Assembly (NCBI GenBank): GCA_964016885.1
Contig: OZ024740.1
Span: 60,140,001 to 60,204,000, forward strand
Length of the DNA stretch: 64,000 nt
Source: Eledone cirrhosa
Taxonomy: Eukaryota
Direction of reading: 5' to 3'
Shown: positions 53,491 to 64,000 of the stretch, piece by piece
Layout: the number at the start of each line of letters is the position of its first letter
Numbering within the stretch: position 1 is the first letter of the stretch
Made by a program: the position numbers and the translations under genes
The notes under the pieces: generated by a model
The model's input: only the letters and a program-made list of their open reading frames with translations
Databases searched by the model: none
Told to the model about the DNA's origin: nothing

Positions 53491-54482
53491 ATACAGGTTG
53501 AGGCCAACCTCTCGATCGTTAATTAGCTCGACGTTACCCCAAATTTATCGAATGGCTTGTATTACCCGTATAGAGGGCCGAATGATACGCTTAATTACAT
53601 AAGTAAGCATTCTAACCATCCTGCCAACATAACCAAGAACCTGGTAAGAAACGTTTCTTTGAGGCTTTCCCGTCTATCTACTAAGGAGCATATTTTCAAC
53701 GACCATTCCACATATTACAATGAAGCTCTTGCTCGGGGTGGATTTGTCGATAAGGTAGCATATACAGAGTACGAGAATAGACCTAGAAGAAATAGATCCC
53801 GACGTATTATATGGTATAACCCACCATATAATATGGAGGTGGCCACACCATTAGCTAAGATCTTTCTATCCCTTATTACGAAGCATTTTCCCCCTACACA
53901 TAAATATAGTAAAATGTTTAATAGAAATACTATTAAAATGTCTTACTCTACGACTCCTAACCTTGCACATAACACCACAGCTTCAAATTTAGCTAAACTA
54001 CCTAGCCGTAGGAACACGTGCAACCCTGTAGTTAGTACTAACTGTAATTGTAGGAATCGGGTTGATTGCCCCCTATCCTGGAAATGCCTCTCTAATAACA
54101 TTGTCTACAAATGTAAGGTTGAAACACCCACTTCCCGTAGGGCCTACATAGGGTTAACCGCCAATAGATTCAAGCAGCGTCTTTACATGCATACCCATTC
54201 TTTTCGTTACCCTCTAAGAAGGAATATGACGTCACTTTCAGCTTATATCTGGAGTCTAAAAGACAACCACACCCAATATAAGTTACACTGGGAGATCCTA
54301 GATAGGGCTAGATCGTATAACGGAAATAAAAGACCATCTGAAATCTGCGCTGCTGAGGCCCTGGAAATACACTACACCACAGACCACATCTTAAACAAAG
54401 TTCTGAGGCAATTTCGGCTTGTAAACATAAATTGCACAAAACCTTCCTGTATTACAGCCCCACATTATACCCTAACGGATAG
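53491..54482 (+). pseudogene. Penelope RT thumb, Cys-rich linker and GIY-YIG endonuclease
   Basis: VN*LDVT, YYPYR.PN, SNHP, IIWYNPPY, FNRNTIKMSYS, CNCR..CPL..KC, IVYKC..YIGLT..FKQR..H; a 1-nt frameshift near 54400 restores LNK-SEAISACKH. Confidence 0.92.
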
Positions 54483-55378
54483 TACGATCTATACGCGGAT
54501 ATTTTACGTCTTGATGTGGTAGCTAAGTATATGTTATGTTTATAACATTACTTATTTGCATAGGTAAGTATATACTACCTGTATGTTTTGTGAAAGTACG
54601 TATACTTTCTCGTACGTGTATTTGATTGTATATGTTTTGGCGTATATTTTATATATTCTGGTACATATGCTTTTGGTTATGTGTATACGTGAGTTTTGCG
54701 TCTGTGTGAGTATGCGGGTTCGTACGTATGTAAGGTGTGTGTATATGTGTACTTCGTGTTTTGGTTGACGTCGTCTCCGAACATTTGTGTATTTACATGT
54801 AGGTATGTGAGTGCGCTTGTTATATACGTATTTATTTATTTATATACGTTTATTTAATTATTTGTATACACGCACACACACACACATATTTATATGTGCG
54901 TGTATTTGTATACCTATGGCGAGTGTTTTCGCGTATGCTTGTGTATGTACGTATATGGATGCGTGTATGTATTTATTTATCTGTATTTTGTTTACTTTAT
55001 TCTTAACTCTGAAGCCGAGAATCATTCGGTTTCCTAGTTAGAATTTTAGTCTACGACTTCAGTTATACCATTTACGTGGTGTTGTCTTTGCGTGCAATTG
55101 TTCTCCACGGTCCACATATGACGTATTATCTTCGTTTTTTCCGTTCATTGCCAGAGAACGTCTCTATGCACCACCTAAGAGAATATTAGTCTACGATTTC
55201 TTTTATACCATAAACGTGGTTTTGTCTTTGCGTGTAATTGTTTTTCACCGCTCCAAATAATGACGAATTATATTCGTTTTTTCCCGTTCTTTGCCAGGGA
55301 ACGTTTCCACGAACCAAAGTATCGTCTTCCTGTCTTCTTCCGGTTACAACGTTTTTTGAAATATTCACTTCTGCGTTC

Positions 55379-55454
55379 ACAGATTGACTTTGTTAGTTTC
55401 AGAAGATCCCGTTAAGGGTGAAAGCAGCCATTCTTTGCTTAAACTTTAATCTGT
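55379..55454 (+). ncRNA. Type I hammerhead ribozyme fold with variant core CAGAAGA (right repeat)
   Basis: Manual fold: P1 ACAGATTGA/TTAATCTGT plus AGTTT/AAACT; core CAGAAGA; P2 CCC-GTTAA-GGG; GAAA; P3 AGCA/TGCT; NUH = CUU with the predicted cut after 55440. Confidence 0.7.
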
Positions 55455-55552
55455 TATTTTAATAAATATTTGCTCTACGGTTCTTATATATTTGATATAT
55501 ATTTATCCTTATCGAGCCCTCTTTGGATTTTAGCCTTCAAATTTATTATTAT

Positions 55553-55554
<2 letters not shown>

Positions 55555-55614
<60 letters not shown>
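55555..55614. repeat. (TA)n microsatellite
   Basis: Direct reading. Confidence 0.95.
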
Positions 55615-55615
<1 letters not shown>

Positions 55616-55734
55616 ATGTGTGTATGTGCGCGAGCATGCGTTTGTGTCTATACCCATGTAAAACGCTCTGTTGAGTTGCGTCCCTTTTCATGATAAAGCT
55701 AAGTTGATTAATCGATAGATAGAAATCTCTAAGT

Positions 55735-55830
55735 GCCAAATACCAATAAGTATTTAGGTCGATATGATAAACTAAACCCTTAAAGGCGGTGCTGTGAAAA
55801 TCAGTGACCGAAACCAGTAAAGGAATATAA
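55735..55830 (+). mobile_element. 3' fragment of a second SINE family
   Basis: TACCA..AAGTA..GGTCGAT..ACTAAACCCTTAAAGGCGGTGCT..GACCGAAACCAGTAAAGG resembles an octopus SINE 3' end, from memory. Confidence 0.4.
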
Positions 55831-57899
55831 ACATAATAATATACACTCATTTATAACATTAAACATTTTCTTTCCTCTGCTTAACATTGTATTTTGCAAA
55901 CTGCATTTATGATTTTATTAAGCTTACTTATTGCTCAATAATTTGTAGTGTTCTGTTAAACCAGCAAAAGATATAAAGCGTTTAGATTTATGAGAAACAT
56001 ATTACCGATGTATTCATTATATGACCGACTATAAAAAGAAAGCTGCCGTCTTATGTTGTTAACTTTTGGCACTCAAAACTTGAGCGCCACAGACCGCGTC
56101 CGTTTCACACGATCGCCCGCTCAAATAAGACTTTTTTCTCATAACTGATTGAAGAAGTGAGGAGAAGGAAGAAAAGTGGGCGGAGGAGGACGTTTGAATG
56201 AAGTGTAGCATGGAATAGGTCAGCCAGCGCTCGAGCAAGTGTAGTAAACAACGGAAATAAACTACGGGGGCGGACAGAAAATTTGGAATTGGTCGACATG
56301 AGGCCATGTTTCTGTGGAGATCAGCAAACGATTGCTTAGTCAGTATGATAAATGAGACATGTAAAAATAACACTGATAGAGAAATCATATGTATTCGAAG
56401 ACACTAAATTTATGTGATGAACAAAAGAAGATAAAATGATAACCTTTCTTTGGAGAACGGAAACAAGCAAAAAGAAAGGGTAAAAATCTGTTTCTTCAGC
56501 TTCAGTCTATTGTCAAATTCCATTGAGATTGCTTGGCGTTTAAAAATTCGATCGTATTTGCAGAGGTATTCCTACTGGACTTATAAACACTTGGGACAAA
56601 GAACCATTATCTTCAGAAAGTTAATGAACCTGATAAATAAAATTTCTGAGGATTGGATACAATGTTTTAGATAGAAAGCCATTTAGTTTTATTAGTGTGT
56701 TTCGCTACGTTGAACTTTGAAACGGTGGAGTGTGTGTCGCTAGTTTATGTCTCTGGATGACATTGATGTAATGGTGACTGTGTGTTGCAGCGCAGTGATT
56801 TCGACACCAGATGACACACCCGATTACATCTTTGTGTAAAGTTATACTGACATACACACATTCATTAGAATAATGGCACTCGCCCCATGCCCATTCTGCC
56901 AGTAGAAGTAGCGAACCTTGCAACTCCCGTCGTAAATCACATTTCTTTCACTCTGTCCAAACTTAATGGAAAGCAATTAGTGGAAGATAAAGTCTTGTCA
57001 AAGACGAACAAGGCTTTTATACTTCGTGTGACATAATTTAGTCGTACCATAAGCGTATTTAGATCACAAGACTTTAGGAGTAACAGAAGAGGAAGAGGGA
57101 AAACAAATAGATTAGAAGCCATGGGGTTAATTAAAACTGAAATCTAAATAGTTTCATTACCATTATCAATTTTAATTAAATATTTTTTAAAAGATTCTTT
57201 GCTTTTAATTGAAATTGGTTTTTACTGAAATTTGATTATACACCAGAAATAACAATTTTGGAGAAAACTTCGACGTTCATCACGAGGAAGCCTCTACGAG
57301 TTCACTCGAGACTACTGGGTAAAAACTAGATGAATATACTGGATAACTCAGTTCTAGATACCTAAAAATAGGAGAGGGGTGGTCACGGTTAAATCCCAGG
57401 TTGGACGGTAACAAATCATCATAGTGTCGTAACAGAATGAAGAAGCTTTTACACTGTCAGCAACCTGCTTGAAATAGCAGCTAAATACCCACCTAGAATA
57501 CTCCACTGTTTAAAATAATGGCACATTGAACAAAGTAATCATGGATAGTGTTAAACGTGGTCATGGCTTGAAAGTCTTATATGTCTGCTCAATGAAAGCT
57601 AACTTGTGACTAAACATGCGTTTAAACAAGAAGATAAACAATTAGAAAGTAACAACTCTACATGTAACGTCAAAGTACTTCGAAAGGTAAGAGTACGCCA
57701 ACACCTATAGCCACACACAAACGGACAACACAAAGTAAGGAAAATTCAGGTAAATAAACCTTAAATTACACCAAACCGAAAGGAAAGCTGGAAGTGCCAC
57801 CTTTATATCTCTTCTCTGATTTATAATTCTACAGTGAACGTAAACTACATATAAACACAAGTTATTTCACAATGAATACACAACAACAACCAAAACACA

Positions 57900-58550
57900 A
57901 AAATAGAAACATACTGCAGTACAATACCAACAGCTTAACAAAACAATACTCTCATAGAACTAAAATAACATCATTCTCACACTGTAAATCGCATCACTTT
58001 TATTTAAGAAAGAAAACTCCAATCCCAACATAGAACAGCTCATATTCTAAATTCCATCTCCATAAGACAGAACAGAAAAACCCATGAAGGAGGCCTCGTG
58101 TCATGTATAAAGTCGATAATTAGTTACTTAGGCAGGAAAAAAATTCGAATTACTAACAGGACACGACGACATATTACTAATGCAAGAAACACAGCATAAT
58201 AGATATATGCCAGCCCTAAACTAACTTACTAGCTCACCTGGTTACAGATCCAATTACAACACATTTACATATTCCCAAAACACCATCATTAGGAGGGAAT
58301 TCAATGCACACGTCAACACATCCACGTACAAAACAACAGGGTTAATGCCACAGCTGACACAATAACGTTGCAATTAAATTTTCTTCCATAACCCCAAAAC
58401 ATCCACATAACTAACCCCAATACATCCACGTTAACTGCTACAACTTCTTCCCAAATATATATTTCTACTCTACACCATATCTAGATGACAGATAATCCCC
58501 CGCCTCCGACCATTTATCACATTCAAACATAAACGAACAAAATAAAACAA
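57900..58550 (+). mobile_element. Highly degraded LINE APE-endonuclease remnant
   Basis: A/C-rich strand bias; translated fragments NRYMP (~58198), II..EFNAH (~58284-58311, cf. GDFNAH) and ASDHL (~58502-58516) occur in the expected order. Confidence 0.45.
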
Positions 58551-58920
58551 ACACATTTACAGTTCAACTGTTTCCATCAATAAAACAGAGTTCAGTTTCA
58601 TGGAATGCGACAAAATCTCAGTCACTGGCGTAAACTTTACAGTATAGACAATCTGCTATAAATGCTTTCCAAAAACCTATTTCATAAAGTAACATGGAAA
58701 ATATTAACTCCGATTACACTACTGAAATAGCTAATCGAAATAAACTGGAGAAAACCTTGAATGTAACAAAGCCTCACCACACACAATAGAAATAAAACTG
58801 AAACTAAGAAAGAAAATAACGGAGAAAATATACAACAAAAAAACAGAAAACTGATAAACATTTCTATCCAACATAAACCATAAAACATTATATAAAGTAA
58901 TTAGCAGTACAAAAAATAAT

Positions 58921-59107
58921 TGTTTCTACTTTTGGCACAAGGCCAGCAAATACCCAGTACATTACTGGTACTTTATTTTATCGACCTCGTAAGGATGAAA
59001 GGCAAAGTTAACCTCGGCGGGATTTGAACTCAGATCATAAAGGGCCGTAACTCTTTGCTGCAAAGCATGGTGTCCGACCATCTACTGATACTGCCAATCC
59101 ACCGCCC
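58921..59107 (-). mobile_element. Full-length tRNA-derived SINE with a 13-bp TSD TACAAAAAATAAT
   Basis: TSD at 58908-58920 and 59108-59120. Confidence 0.95.
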
Positions 59108-59341
59108 TACAAAAAATAATGTTCGCACCTGATCACATATTTCAATAAAAACTTCAAGTAAAATTGCCATTCTCCAACTACATGGAAGTGTTCTTACCAA
59201 ACACATTTGTGAAAATAAGTCACCAAAAACTACATAAAAAGGCAAAATATTCACCTTCAAAAAAGACCGTGTTTTTAAATCCATTCCTTCCATCAGATAT
59301 CAAGAAATAAATAAGGAGATTTCCTATCTGAAAGAAATTTA

Positions 59342-59811
59342 TGCTGGAGGGTCGTCGGTCATCCCGTCTAATTGGTTATTTGGTTATTATTTACTGGCAC
59401 ATTAGTCAAACAAGGAATAAAGAACATACCTCAATTTTATGTTATAAAAACATGTTTTATATAGGAGCAATTACAGAATATATACAAATACGTTAGTGCT
59501 CCTCGGTTGAGCTATATTTTAAATCGTCATATACTGCCGCATGATGTGAGGTCATCCTTTGGATCACTGCTGGTGATTATAGCACGTCTATTGTCTCCAA
59601 GCTCTCGTTGTCCAATTCTCATATTATGCCACGACCGCATGGTGTGATGTCGCTGCGTGGAGTACTGCATAGGGATTAGCACGTCTATTGTCTCCGAGCT
59701 CCCATTGTCCAAGTGTTGTTTTCAGCTACTGACGTCAGAACGTGACGTCAGAACTAAGGGCAGTTTATCGACTGTTTGCACCGTCGACGCTAGATGGCGT
59801 GATCTTCTACA
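59342..59811 (-). repeat. 3' LTR of the Gypsy element
   Basis: Starts TGTAGAAG right after the PPT-like TGGTGGGAGGTCA (59812-59824); TATATAAAA at ~59456-59464. The distal end (59342, ...CTCCAGCA) is a best guess. Confidence 0.7.
59730..59750. promoter_or_regulatory. Two tandem perfect CRE palindromes TGACGTCA in the LTR U3 region
   Basis: TGACGTCA-GAACG-TGACGTCA. Confidence 0.6.
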
Positions 59812-60081
59812 TGACCTCCCACCAGATTTTTAGAAAATTAAATAATAATCGGTTCATCGAATCATGTATGTAGAAAAACCGATTAGCAACCAGCAAAAAT
59901 CCCAAACCAAGGAGCAATCAGCCCAACCGAGCATGAAGGGTACAACAAATTTCAAAAATACATATTAAAAAAAAGCATGCAAGAACGCGAAAGGAAAAAA
60001 AAACAATGTAATAAAATGTAAATACAATTTCCTAAAAGTTCCAAAAGTCACTACAGGATTAAAGCACTGCACAATAGCAGT

Positions 60082-63000
60082 TTAAAAATATACCGTGCTA
60101 CACAGTTTTTGGGGCCAATGAACCCTCCAACCGGAACGGGTCGTAGTCTTATATCTTAGTGATGGGGGGGGGGGGGACGAAGAAGCAGGTGTGTGTGCGA
60201 AAGAAAAAGACGGGGCCGTTTGTGGCTCAGGTGCGATAGCATCTGTATCCAAATGTGCTCGTTTGAGTCTATCAATCGAAACCGTCTCTCTGGAACCCTT
60301 AATGTCTGCAGTGAAATGTTTCTCGGAACGAGCTAATACACGGTAGGGTCCAGAGTATGGTTGTGTGAGAGGTGGTTTCACAGCATCGTTTCTCACAAAC
60401 ACATGGGTCCACGAGGCAATATCCCTCGGGACTGCAAATTGTACAGTTTGCTACTTCGTATCCATCGGCGGCAGGTCCTGAAAATAAGAACGCAGACGGG
60501 ATACGTAGGAAAGCGGATTTTGTTTAGCAAGATCGATAGGGGCAAGCATTTGTCCAGGTAACGCTAGAGGAGCACCATATAACAATTCGGCCGGGGAGAA
60601 CCCAAGGTCCTCCTTTATTGCTGACCGAATCCCCACAACACAATAGGGAGGTACTTGCCCCAGCGCGTAGAGTCAGGAGAGGTCCGTAGAGCGGCTTTCG
60701 GTTGTCGGTGGAAGCGCTCCACCATTTCATTAGAGGCATGATATGCAGTAGTTCGGATGCGTTTAGCGCCGATGATCTTCGTCAATTCATGGAAGAGTTT
60801 CGATTCAAACTGCCTCCCACGGTCCGTGGTAATTGACGTTGGCACTCCATATCGAGCGATCCATCCAGACACAAGGGCACGCGCTGTGGTCTCAGCAGTG
60901 ATATCCCTCAAGGGGATGGCTTCAGGCCATCGCGAAAAACGATCGATTACAGTCAATAAGTAATTGTAACCACCGCTGATGGGCCAAGGTCCCACGATGT
61001 CCACATGAATGTGGAGAAACCGGGCGTCCGGGCTACTAAAAGTACCAAGAGGAGTCTTTATATGTCTATGAACTTTCGATTTCTGGCAAGCAACACAGGA
61101 ACGGCACCAGACAGTAATTTCACGTCTCATATTTGGCCAGAAGAATCTAGCCGTTATGAGTTTTACTATGGCAGAAGATCCAGGATGTGAAATGCCGTGC
61201 AAAGCAAGAAACATAGTTCGACGCTGGTTCAACGGAACAAAAAGGCGTGGCGTATCCAAAGAGACGTCGCAGAGGATCCGTCCGTCTGCGGTCGATAATG
61301 GTAGGTATTTCATCCTGCAATTCACAAATTCAGACGATGTAACATCCAACGATTCGAGGGTAGGCTGATCGGCTGCCAAGCGATTCAAATCTATGTCATC
61401 GGACGACGAGATTGAAGTTATCGGTAAACGAGACAGGGCGTCGGCCGTTGTATTCATATAACCCGGAATATGTTGAATATCATTTGTAAACTGAGAGATC
61501 AGGTCAAGATGTCTAGTTTCTCTAGGCGAGTATTTGTCTGCCTTTGCTTGCAAGGCGAATGTCAACGGCTTGTGGTCCGTGAAGATGGTAAACGTTCTTC
61601 CCTCAAGCATGTGCGAAAAATGTTTCACTGATAAATATATTGCTAGCAACTCCCGTCCAAAGGTGCCGTAGCGGGTTTCGGCAGGTTTCAGCTTCCTGGA
61701 GAAAAATTCCAACGGTTGCTGTTGATCGTTCCTACTTTACTGCAAAACTGCGTCCACAGCAGTATCCGACGCATCAACACAAAGAGAAAGCTTAGCGTTG
61801 GACACTGGGTGAGCCAGCAAAGATGCATTGGCTAGAGCAATTTTCGCACTCTCAAAATCCTGGAGCTGAGTTTCATTCAAAGAAATGTCTCTATTTTTCT
61901 TTCGACAATTTTTTAGAATTTCCGTCAAAGAGAATAGTAGCTTAGCACAATTAGGCACAAACCGCCTATAAAAATTAATCAGCCCCAAGAATTGGCGCAA
62001 CTGACGAAGTGAGGTTGGTGGAGGCAAATCCTCTATAGCTTTAACTCTCTCAGGAATAGGTCGAATACCGTCAGCGTCAATGACGCGACCCAAAAAATTC
62101 AAAGATTCGGAACCAAAAACACATTTTGACCGATTAATCCGAACATTGTAATTCTTTAAACGACAAAATAAAAGTTCCAGATGGCGCAAATGCTGCTCTG
62201 GAGAAGAGCTCGCAACAAGAAGGTCATCAATGTAGGTGTATACAAAGTCGAGGCCGTGAGTGACCTCATCCATAAAACGCTGGAAGGTGCTAGCAGCATT
62301 CCTTAACCCGAAAGGCATGGTAAGAAATTTGAAAGATCCAAATGGCGTAGTTATAGCCGTTTTCGGGATGTCGTCTCTGTTGACAGGAATTTGGTTATCG
62401 CTCGTATCAAATCGAGTTTCGAAAAAATGTTGCAACCTTGCAACGAGGATGCAAAATCCTGCAGATGAAGGATAGGATACCGATCCGGTACGGTCATCGA
62501 GGTCAATCTTCTATAATCTCCAATGGGTCTCCAATCTCCAGAAGATTTTGGCACCATATGTAATGGAGATGCCCACGGGCTCGTGGAAGGACGAATAATT
62601 CCGAGCTGTAGCATATGATCGAACTCGGACCGTGCTGCTTTCAATTTGTCCGCTGGCAATCGACGAGGACGCGAAAAAACCGTAGCGCCAGTTGTAGTAA
62701 TAAAATGCTCCGTAGCGTGGCCTGGATCAGTGACTCTAAAAATTTCATGAGTCAGTTGCGGGAACGATTTCAACAGTCCATGATATAAGTTACCAGAGTT
62801 AGCAATAAAGAAAGTCGGGCTAATTGTAGAAAATTCCGTCGTCCTGCCACAAAGAAAAAACCCAGTAATATCGTCAATCAGGCGTTGGTGACGAACGTCC
62901 CCCGTCAAAGAAAAATGGTGCAGGAAGTTCGCGCCCAAAATCGGGTATGGCAGATCAGCAACAGTGAACACCCATTTGAAATCCCGACGAAGATTTCGGA

Positions 63001-63233
63001 ACTTAAGAGATCTGTCCAAAAGTTCTGATTGTTGACTGGTTGACAGCTTGCAATTCGATCAACGACTCAGGAGGAGTTACTGTCATAGTATTAACAGGCC
63101 AAATACTGCATGAAGCTCCTGTGTCCACTAGGAAGGCTCTTCCAGACAGGAGGTCCTCAATGAAGAAATGGCGGTTCCGTTTTGTCTCGCAGAGTTCACT
63201 AGCCGCCTTTAGTGACTCTGGTCCACATTTCCC
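60082..63233 (-). pseudogene. Gypsy pol (protease, RT, RNase H, integrase with GPY/F module), with several frameshifts and stops
   Basis: FLVDTGAS; [31 protein letters not shown]; DAS, RELLAI, TDHKPL, ADALSR; [33 protein letters not shown]; PYSGPY, VSIDRLK. Confidence 0.95.
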
Positions 63234-63990
63234 GTGGCCGAATAATTACACGGAGGCTGGCAATGATCTGCCTTATCCGCATAGGTAGCATGATACCAGC
63301 ACAATGATGGGTTGCTGGCAGGCGAAGTAGTATGCCGACGTGGAATCGCGAAAGAACGCGAACGACTCCTAGGCCGCCGGGGATACGGCCTATTCTCCCT
63401 GCACAATCGAGCGACTTGCTGCGTCAAAGCGTCAATAATCTTCAATATGGCATCCTCGCGTGTCGAGACGGGCTGATTCAAATGAGAGGAAGCAATACGC
63501 GAGTCCGAGGCGGTAGCCTTTTTAGATAACTCCACGATTCGATCCGCGGAGGCAGCAATTTGCTCCAAAGAGCTGGTGTCCACTATATTTGCCAAAATAA
63601 TTTGGACGTTGTTTGGCAGGCGAGAGAAAAATAATTTTTTAATAAAGGAATTATCCTGTTCAGGCGATTCACTGAGGTCCCTAATGTGGCGCAAAAATTC
63701 AGACGGCGACCTGTCGCCCAGACACTCATCCTCCAACAATGAACGAAATCTGCTCTCAGCAGAACGACTGTTCCTTCGAAGAATTTCTTCCCGCAACGAG
63801 TCATAAGAAATACTGGCCAACGGGTTCGTAATCAAATCTTTCACTGTTATAGCGAGTGAAGAAGGAATACAACTTATCAAAAAGTTGAGCTTTTCTCGGT
63901 TTTTACTTCGTTGGCAGCAAAATAAGCGTCCAGCTGCGCAAACCAGAGCTTAGTATCACCTGAGAACGCAGGCAAACCAGGACCACTCAT
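63209..63990 (-). pseudogene. Gypsy gag (frameshift near 63890)
   Basis: MSGPGLPAFSGDTKLWFAQLDAYF N-terminus, LGDRSPSEFL, RSRSRS and CWYH...A..C..PC knuckle. Confidence 0.88.
63227..63233 (-). other. -1 ribosomal frameshift slippery heptamer G GGA AAT (gag-pol junction)
   Basis: X XXY YYZ in gag phase; the -1 frame reads open into FLVDTGAS. Confidence 0.75.
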
Positions 63991-64000
63991 CGTCAATCTA

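Larger units (their letters stand above)
59342..64000 (-). mobile_element. Ty3/Gypsy LTR retrotransposon (5' LTR beyond the window), frameshifted
   Basis: gag-PR-RT-RH-IN order, polypurine tract and 3' LTR. Confidence 0.95.

Noticed and set aside
54402-54522. ORF-track C-terminus VLRQFRL...VLMW of the Penelope ORF
   Set aside because: Out-of-frame read-through; the alternative frame gives the conserved SE..S.C.H ending.
56058-57130. Possible piggyBac-like element bounded by TTAA
   Set aside because: The putative termini do not form a convincing inverted repeat and there is no transposase.

Overview
Eukaryotic, repeat-dominated window. It is probably octopod cephalopod, inferred only from my recognition of the tRNA-derived SINE family. 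I can call no host gene with confidence. About 25 kb (3601-28478) is a 20-bp satellite (TGTGACTGTGTCTGTGTATT) with kb-scale higher-order duplications and a CpG-decay signature; its many long ORFs are artefacts. The remainder is a dense set of retroelements: a near full-length Tx1/L1-clade LINE inside an (AAT)n tract; an alternating cluster of R4/Dong-clade LINE copies and a ~620-bp non-coding element, all inside one (TACA)n tract; a CRE-clade remnant; a Penelope-like element with ~1.06-kb inverted repeats, each ending in a hammerhead-ribozyme fold with a non-canonical core (CAGAAGA); a Ty3/Gypsy element with a -1 frameshift site and tandem CRE motifs in its LTR; a 64-bp mariner-type MITE; and about 14 SINE copies, several with target-site duplications ending in AAT. 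All calls were made by eye, without database searches.
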